This document shows, one piece after another, positions 59,855-64,000 of a stretch of 64,000 bases of DNA (its first letter is position 1; each line of letters opens with the position of its first letter). This DNA comes from an uncultured Eubacteriales bacterium (GTDB taxonomy: Bacteria; Bacillota; Clostridia; Christensenellales; Aristaeellaceae). Both the position numbers and the translations under genes were made by a program. Below the pieces are notes generated by a model. It did no database searches and was not told the origin of the DNA. It saw nothing but the letters and a program-made list of their open reading frames with translations. The stretch lies in the NCBI GenBank assembly GCA_902765395.1, contig CACWZP010000011.1:50031-114030 (forward strand). The letters run 5' to 3'.

Positions 59855-62800
59855 GCATGGATCTGACGGGCATCAAAAACCGGAATGAATACTATACCAA
59901 CCACTATTTTGCCTCCATCTTTGAGGAGAATGCCGCCGGTACCATAAAAGCCTGGCGGGACGCGGCACAGGGCACGGAGCAGCGCACGCCCTGGGCCTTG
60001 CTGCGCGACGCTGGCAAGCGGTATTTCATGATTCGCAATCGTCTGGAGCGCAGGCGCGGCAATGATGCCCTGGAAAGAGGAATCGCGGAGATCGCCCGCG
60101 AACTGCTGTCTGCCCTGGGCTATGACACGGCAGCCTTGAAACCGGAGCTCGTCGAGCTCCCCGGCATGAGCCTGGTCAAGGTGCCGATTGCCATGGAGGT
60201 CAACAAGCCAAACGGCGCGCCTCTGCTCTGGACCATCGTGGTTTCACCCAGGTGGGAGGAAGAACTGTCTGTCGAAAATGAAGATGAGGCAGACAGTGCC
60301 GATATTTTGAACTACATCCCCTTCGCGGCGGACCTGCGGCCCGACCATGACATCCCCTTCGACGGTGAAGCGCTGATTCGCGTGCCGATAGAAGAGCTGC
60401 TGGGGAAACTTTTATATGACTTGGACGAGAGCCCGCGCTGGATCCTACTGATTAACGACAGCCAGATCGCCCTGATCGACCGCAACAAGTGGAATGAAAA
60501 GCGCTTTCTGCTGTTTGATCTGGACGAGATATTTGGGCGCAATGAGGAATCGACGCTGCAGGCCATGGCGGTGCTGCTGCACGCCGAATCCCTCTGCCCT
60601 GCGGACGGCGGATGCCTGTTGGACGTGTTGGACGACAACAGCCACAAGCATGCCTCCGGGGTTTCGCGTGATCTCAAATATGCCCTGCGTCAGTGCATCG
60701 AGATTCTGGGCAACGAAGTTGTCTACGATATGAAGGAGCGCCAGCATGTCGCCGTGTTTGGCCGTGATCTGGCGAACGAGCTCACGATACAGTGCCTCCG
60801 CTACATGTATCGCATCATGTTCATGCTGTTCATCGAGGCCAAGCCGGAATTGGGCTATGCCCCCATGAAGGCACAGACCTATGAATCCGGCTATTCCTTT
60901 GAGAGCCTGCGGGAGATCTGCGAACAGGCCGAGGGCGATGGCGAGATCGACGAGGAAGGCAGCTTCCTGAAGACCAGTCTGGACAAGCTGTTCAGCCTGG
61001 TTTATAACGGCTTCCCTGCCGAAAGGGATCTGATCCACTATTCCGATTCCCAGAAGGGCGTATTTGTCATCGACCCGCTGAAGGCCCACATCTTCGATCC
61101 TGAGCGCACAGCGCTGATCGAAAAGGCCCACCTGCGCAACGGAAAGCTCATGCAGATCATCAACCTGATGAGCTTGTCCCGCGGTGGGCGTGGCCAGCGC
61201 CGCGGCCGCATCAGCTATTCCAACCTGGGCATCAACCAGCTGGGCAGCGTGTATGAGGCGCTGCTGTCCTACCGCGGCTTCTTTGCCGAGGAAGACCTGT
61301 ACGAGGTGAAGAAGAAGGGCGACAAGGTGGACGACCTGGACGTCGGCTACTTCGTCACCCAGGCGGAGCTGGATCAATATGACGAGGACGAGCGCGTGCG
61401 CGTGGACGAGAACAACCCCGTCTCCGACCTGCGCATCCATCCCAAGGGCGAGTTCATCTACCGTCTGGCCGGGCGCGAGCGCGAGAAGTCCGCGTCCTAC
61501 TACACGCCGGAGGTGCTGACGCACTGCCTGGTGAAGTATGCCCTGAAGGAGCTGCTGGAGGGCAAGACTGCCGACGAGATCCTCCAGCTCACCATCTGCG
61601 AGCCCGCCATGGGCAGCGCCGCGTTCCTGAACGAGGCGGTCTCCCAGCTGGCCGAGGCCTACCTGACCCGCAAGGAGCAGGAGATCGGCGAGAGCGTGCC
61701 CCACGACAAGCGCGTGCAGGAGCTGCAGCGCATCAAGATGTTCATCGCTGACCGCAACGTGTACGGCATCGACCTGAACCCCATTGCCGTGGAACTGGCC
61801 GAGGTCTCGCTGTGGCTGAACTCCATCTATGAGGGCGGCTATGTGCCGTGGTTCCGCACGCAGATCGTCAACGGCAACAGCCTGATCGGCGCGCGGCGGC
61901 AGTGCTATACCCTGAACCAGGCGCGGGCGCAGGCGGGAGCGGCGGTGTGGTACAACAACGCGCCGGAGCGCATTGAGCCCGGAAAGCAGCGCAAGTTCTC
62001 CCGGCAGATCTATCATTTCCTGCTGGGCGACCCCGGCATGTGCGCCTACACAGACAAGGTTATCAAGTCCCTGGAGCCGGAGAAGATTGCCCACATCAAG
62101 GATTGGAACAAGAAGTTCACCAAGCCGCTGACGGAGGACGAGTGCGACCGCGTGCTGGAGCTGTCCTCCGCGGTGGACCGGCTGTGGGACGAGCACGTGC
62201 GCATCCGCGGCGAGATCAGCCGCAAGACCACTGACCCGCTGTCCGTATGGGGCCAGCCGGAGGACACGCAGCACCATCCGCTGACCATCCGGGAGAAGGA
62301 CCGCATTTACGACAGCCTGTACCTGACCGAGCACCAGCAGAACGCGGGCCCCTATGCCCGTTTGAAGGCGGCCATGGACTACTGGTGCGCGCTGTGGTTC
62401 TGGCCCATCGACCAGGCCGAGGAGCTCCCCACGCGGCAGGAGTTCCTGTTCGACATGTATGCCCTGCTGGGCGTGGACATCGTCAACGCCTCCGCAAAGA
62501 AGAAGCAGTCCATCGGGCAGATCGGCATGTTCGACGATGAATTCTATGACAACATGTACAGCCTCTTCGACACCTATGGCGAGGTGAACCTCGACCAGCT
62601 GCGCAGCCTGTTCCCGCGCATGCGCATCGCCGACGAGGTGGCGAAGCAGCAGCACTTCTTCCACTGGGAGCTGGAGTTTGCGGACGTGTTCGCGGAGCGG
62701 GGTGGGTTTGACCTGGTGATCGGTAATCCGCCATGGATCAAAGTTACATGGGAAGAGAAAGATATATTATCAGAAGCTCAGCCCATTTTTGCTGTTAGAA

Positions 62801-64000
62801 AGACAACAGCGAGTCAATTACTGAGTCTTAGAGGAAATGTCATTTCTCATCGTGAGTATAGGATAGATTACATAAATGAGTATTGTAGTACATCGGGACA
62901 ACAAAACTACATTAATGCTATCCAGAATTATCCGGATTTGAGAGGCTTACAAGGGAATGTATATGAATGCTTTATTCCGCAGTCATGGACATATGCAAAC
63001 ACGAAGGGTGTGTTCGCTCTAATTCATCCTGAAAGTGTTTTCAATGAACAAGGAGGATATATTCTTAGGCAAAGCTTAAACGCAATGCTCCGAAAACACT
63101 TTCGATTCAGCAATGCCTTGAAGCTTTTCCCAGATGTACACACAAGCCGAGAGTTTGGCTTAAATGTATATTGCAACTATCCGCGATACAGTTTTGACCA
63201 GATCGTTAATCTCTATACACCTACAACTATTGACGAGTGTTACGAGAATGATGACCACGCTCCTGTATACATCCGCAATGAGGACGGAACAAGGAATATA
63301 AAAGGGTCAAGAGAAAGGATCACTGTAATAGGAAAAAGAGAATTGATGCTGTTCGCAGATCTGCTTGATGCATCTATGGAATGGCGACAGGCACGATTGA
63401 TGGCTGTTCATACAAAATCAAATATGGAGGTATTGGAACTATTTTCAAGAATTAAAACCAGAATTACTACAAGACAAGAACGTCTTAGTGTTTCCATGCT
63501 TTGGGATGAAACGAACGCACAGAAAGACAAGACGATTGTTAGAAACGTCCATTTTGGAACCCCGGAGGATACTATTCTGTCGGGAGCACACATAGGCTTA
63601 GCGAATCCACTGTTTAATTGTTCTAACGCTGGGTGTAAGAACAACAACGATAATACAAGTGTTGATTTAACAGCAATACCCAAAAACTATATTCAGCGGT
63701 GCAATTACTCTCTAGTTGATCGGAAAGTCTATGTATCAAGGATTCCTAATACTCCGTGGGGAAAACTGAATACCGATTGCTATAGGATAGGCGCAAGAAA
63801 AATGGTAGACATTGAAGGAGAACGTACTGTGGTTGCTGCACTTCTACCACCTGCGTTTGCACATACAAACGGTATCATTAACTTTGCTTTTGACGATATA
63901 AAAGAAACAGTTACGATGCTTGGGGGATTTTGTTCGCTTCCTTTTGATTTCTTTATAAAGTCTTGCGGCAAAGGAAATTTGCAAATGAATACTGCTGGAA
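59851..64000 (+). CDS. Very large N6-adenine DNA methyltransferase (Eco57I/PglX/DrmMI-like), 3' end beyond window
   Basis: Not in the supplied ORF track. I translated frame 1 by hand from ATG 59851 to 64000 (1383 codons) and found no stop. Motifs are ISYSNLGINQLGSVYEALL, SYYTPEVL, CEPAMGSAAFL (motif I) and FFHWELEFADVF...GFDLVIGNPPW (motif IV, 62725-62736). Confidence 0.88.
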   Translation, partial: MSMDLTGIKNRNEYYTNHYFASIFEENAAGTIKAWRDAAQGTEQRTPWALLRDAGKRYFMIRNRLERRRGNDALERGIAEIARELLSALGYDTAALKPELVELPGMSLVKVPIAMEVNKPNGAPLLWTIVVSPRWEEELSVENEDEADSADILNYIPFAADLRPDHDIPFDGEALIRVPIEELLGKLLYDLDESPRWILLINDSQIALIDRNKWNEKRFLLFDLDEIFGRNEESTLQAMAVLLHAESLCPADGGCLLDVLDDNSHKHASGVSRDLKYALRQCIEILGNEVVYDMKERQHVAVFGRDLANELTIQCLRYMYRIMFMLFIEAKPELGYAPMKAQTYESGYSFESLREICEQAEGDGEIDEEGSFLKTSLDKLFSLVYNGFPAERDLIHYSDSQKGVFVIDPLKAHIFDPERTALIEKAHLRNGKLMQIINLMSLSRGGRGQRRGRISYSNLGINQLGSVYEALLSYRGFFAEEDLYEVKKKGDKVDDLDVGYFVTQAELDQYDEDERVRVDENNPVSDLRIHPKGEFIYRLAGREREKSASYYTPEVLTHCLVKYALKELLEGKTADEILQLTICEPAMGSAAFLNEAVSQLAEAYLTRKEQEIGESVPHDKRVQELQRIKMFIADRNVYGIDLNPIAVELAEVSLWLNSIYEGGYVPWFRTQIVNGNSLIGARRQCYTLNQARAQAGAAVWYNNAPERIEPGKQRKFSRQIYHFLLGDPGMCAYTDKVIKSLEPEKIAHIKDWNKKFTKPLTEDECDRVLELSSAVDRLWDEHVRIRGEISRKTTDPLSVWGQPEDTQHHPLTIREKDRIYDSLYLTEHQQNAGPYARLKAAMDYWCALWFWPIDQAEELPTRQEFLFDMYALLGVDIVNASAKKKQSIGQIGMFDDEFYDNMYSLFDTYGEVNLDQLRSLFPRMRIADEVAKQQHFFHWELEFADVFAERGGFDLVIGNPPWIKVTWEEKDILSEAQPIFAVRKTTASQLLSLRGNVISHREYRIDYINEYCSTSGQQNYINAIQNYPDLRGLQGNVYECFIPQSWTYANTKGVFALIHPESVFNEQGGYILRQSLNAMLRKHFRFSNALKLFPDVHTSREFGLNVYCNYPRYSFDQIVNLYTPTTIDECYENDDHAPVYIRNEDGTRNIKGSRERITVIGKRELMLFADLLDASMEWRQARLMAVHTKSNMEVLELFSRIKTRITTRQERLSVSMLWDETNAQKDKTIVRNVHFGTPEDTILSGAHIGLANPLFNCSNAGCKNNNDNTSVDLTAIPKNYIQRCNYSLVDRKVYVSRIPNTPWGKLNTDCYRIGARKMVDIEGERTVVAALLPPAFAHTNGIINFAFDDIKETVTMLGGFCSLPFDFFIKSCGKGNLQMNTAG

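Noticed and set aside
60445-62664. A 739-aa minus-strand ORF, the only long ORF the track reports in this region.
   Set aside because: It is antisense to the frame-1 plus-strand ORF, which carries clear methyltransferase motifs and stays open to the window edge. The minus ORF has shadow-frame composition and ends where the DNA turns AT-rich.
56854-64000. Searched for an integrase gene, or a direct repeat of the tRNA-Ala 3' end, marking a classical tRNA-integrated island.
   Set aside because: Neither is visible within the window. The island border, if any, must lie beyond 64000, so integration at the tRNA 3' end remains unproven.

Overview
This is a GC-rich chromosomal segment; most 60-nt lines I counted by eye are about 60-68% G+C. 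Gene content and order look like a Clostridia-type Firmicute: hrcA-grpE-dnaK-dnaJ, prmA-rsmE-mtaB, rpsU, rho, queA, ruvB, murJ, serC-serA, buk-pta, metQNI and tkt. Most of the window is ordinary housekeeping.

The unusual parts are:
1. The right end (52.9-64 kb) looks like an accessory hotspot.
   - It holds an IS110-family element with structured non-coding flanks and a DUF11-like surface protein.
   - A tRNA-Ala(CGC) transcription unit is preceded by three 111-bp tandem units, each starting with the first 23 nt of the tRNA.
   - An SNF2 helicase is translationally coupled to an N6-adenine methyltransferase ORF of more than 1383 codons. That ORF is absent from the supplied ORF track because it has no stop before the window edge. 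It switches abruptly from GC-rich to AT-rich exactly at its NPPW motif.
   - The helicase-methyltransferase pair resembles class 1 DISARM (drmD-drmMI) or BREX-like modules, but the rest of any such system lies outside the window.
2. An AT-rich 1.3-kb two-gene cassette (an EcsC-like protein plus a 69-aa protein) sits at 25.4-26.7 kb with its own promoter and terminator.
3. At least three families of intergenic palindromic repeat elements generate spurious ORFs.
4. A gene-decay scar at 31.0-31.3 kb joins a nonsense-mutated permease fragment to a response-regulator fragment.
5. Smaller oddities include a Rho with a long disordered insertion carrying an AT-hook-like motif, phosphohexomutase paralogues with degenerate catalytic loops, and a candidate Rrf2 operator at the met transporter promoter.

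No CRISPR array, rRNA, prophage or integrase was seen. All functional calls rest on motif recognition by eye, not on database searches.
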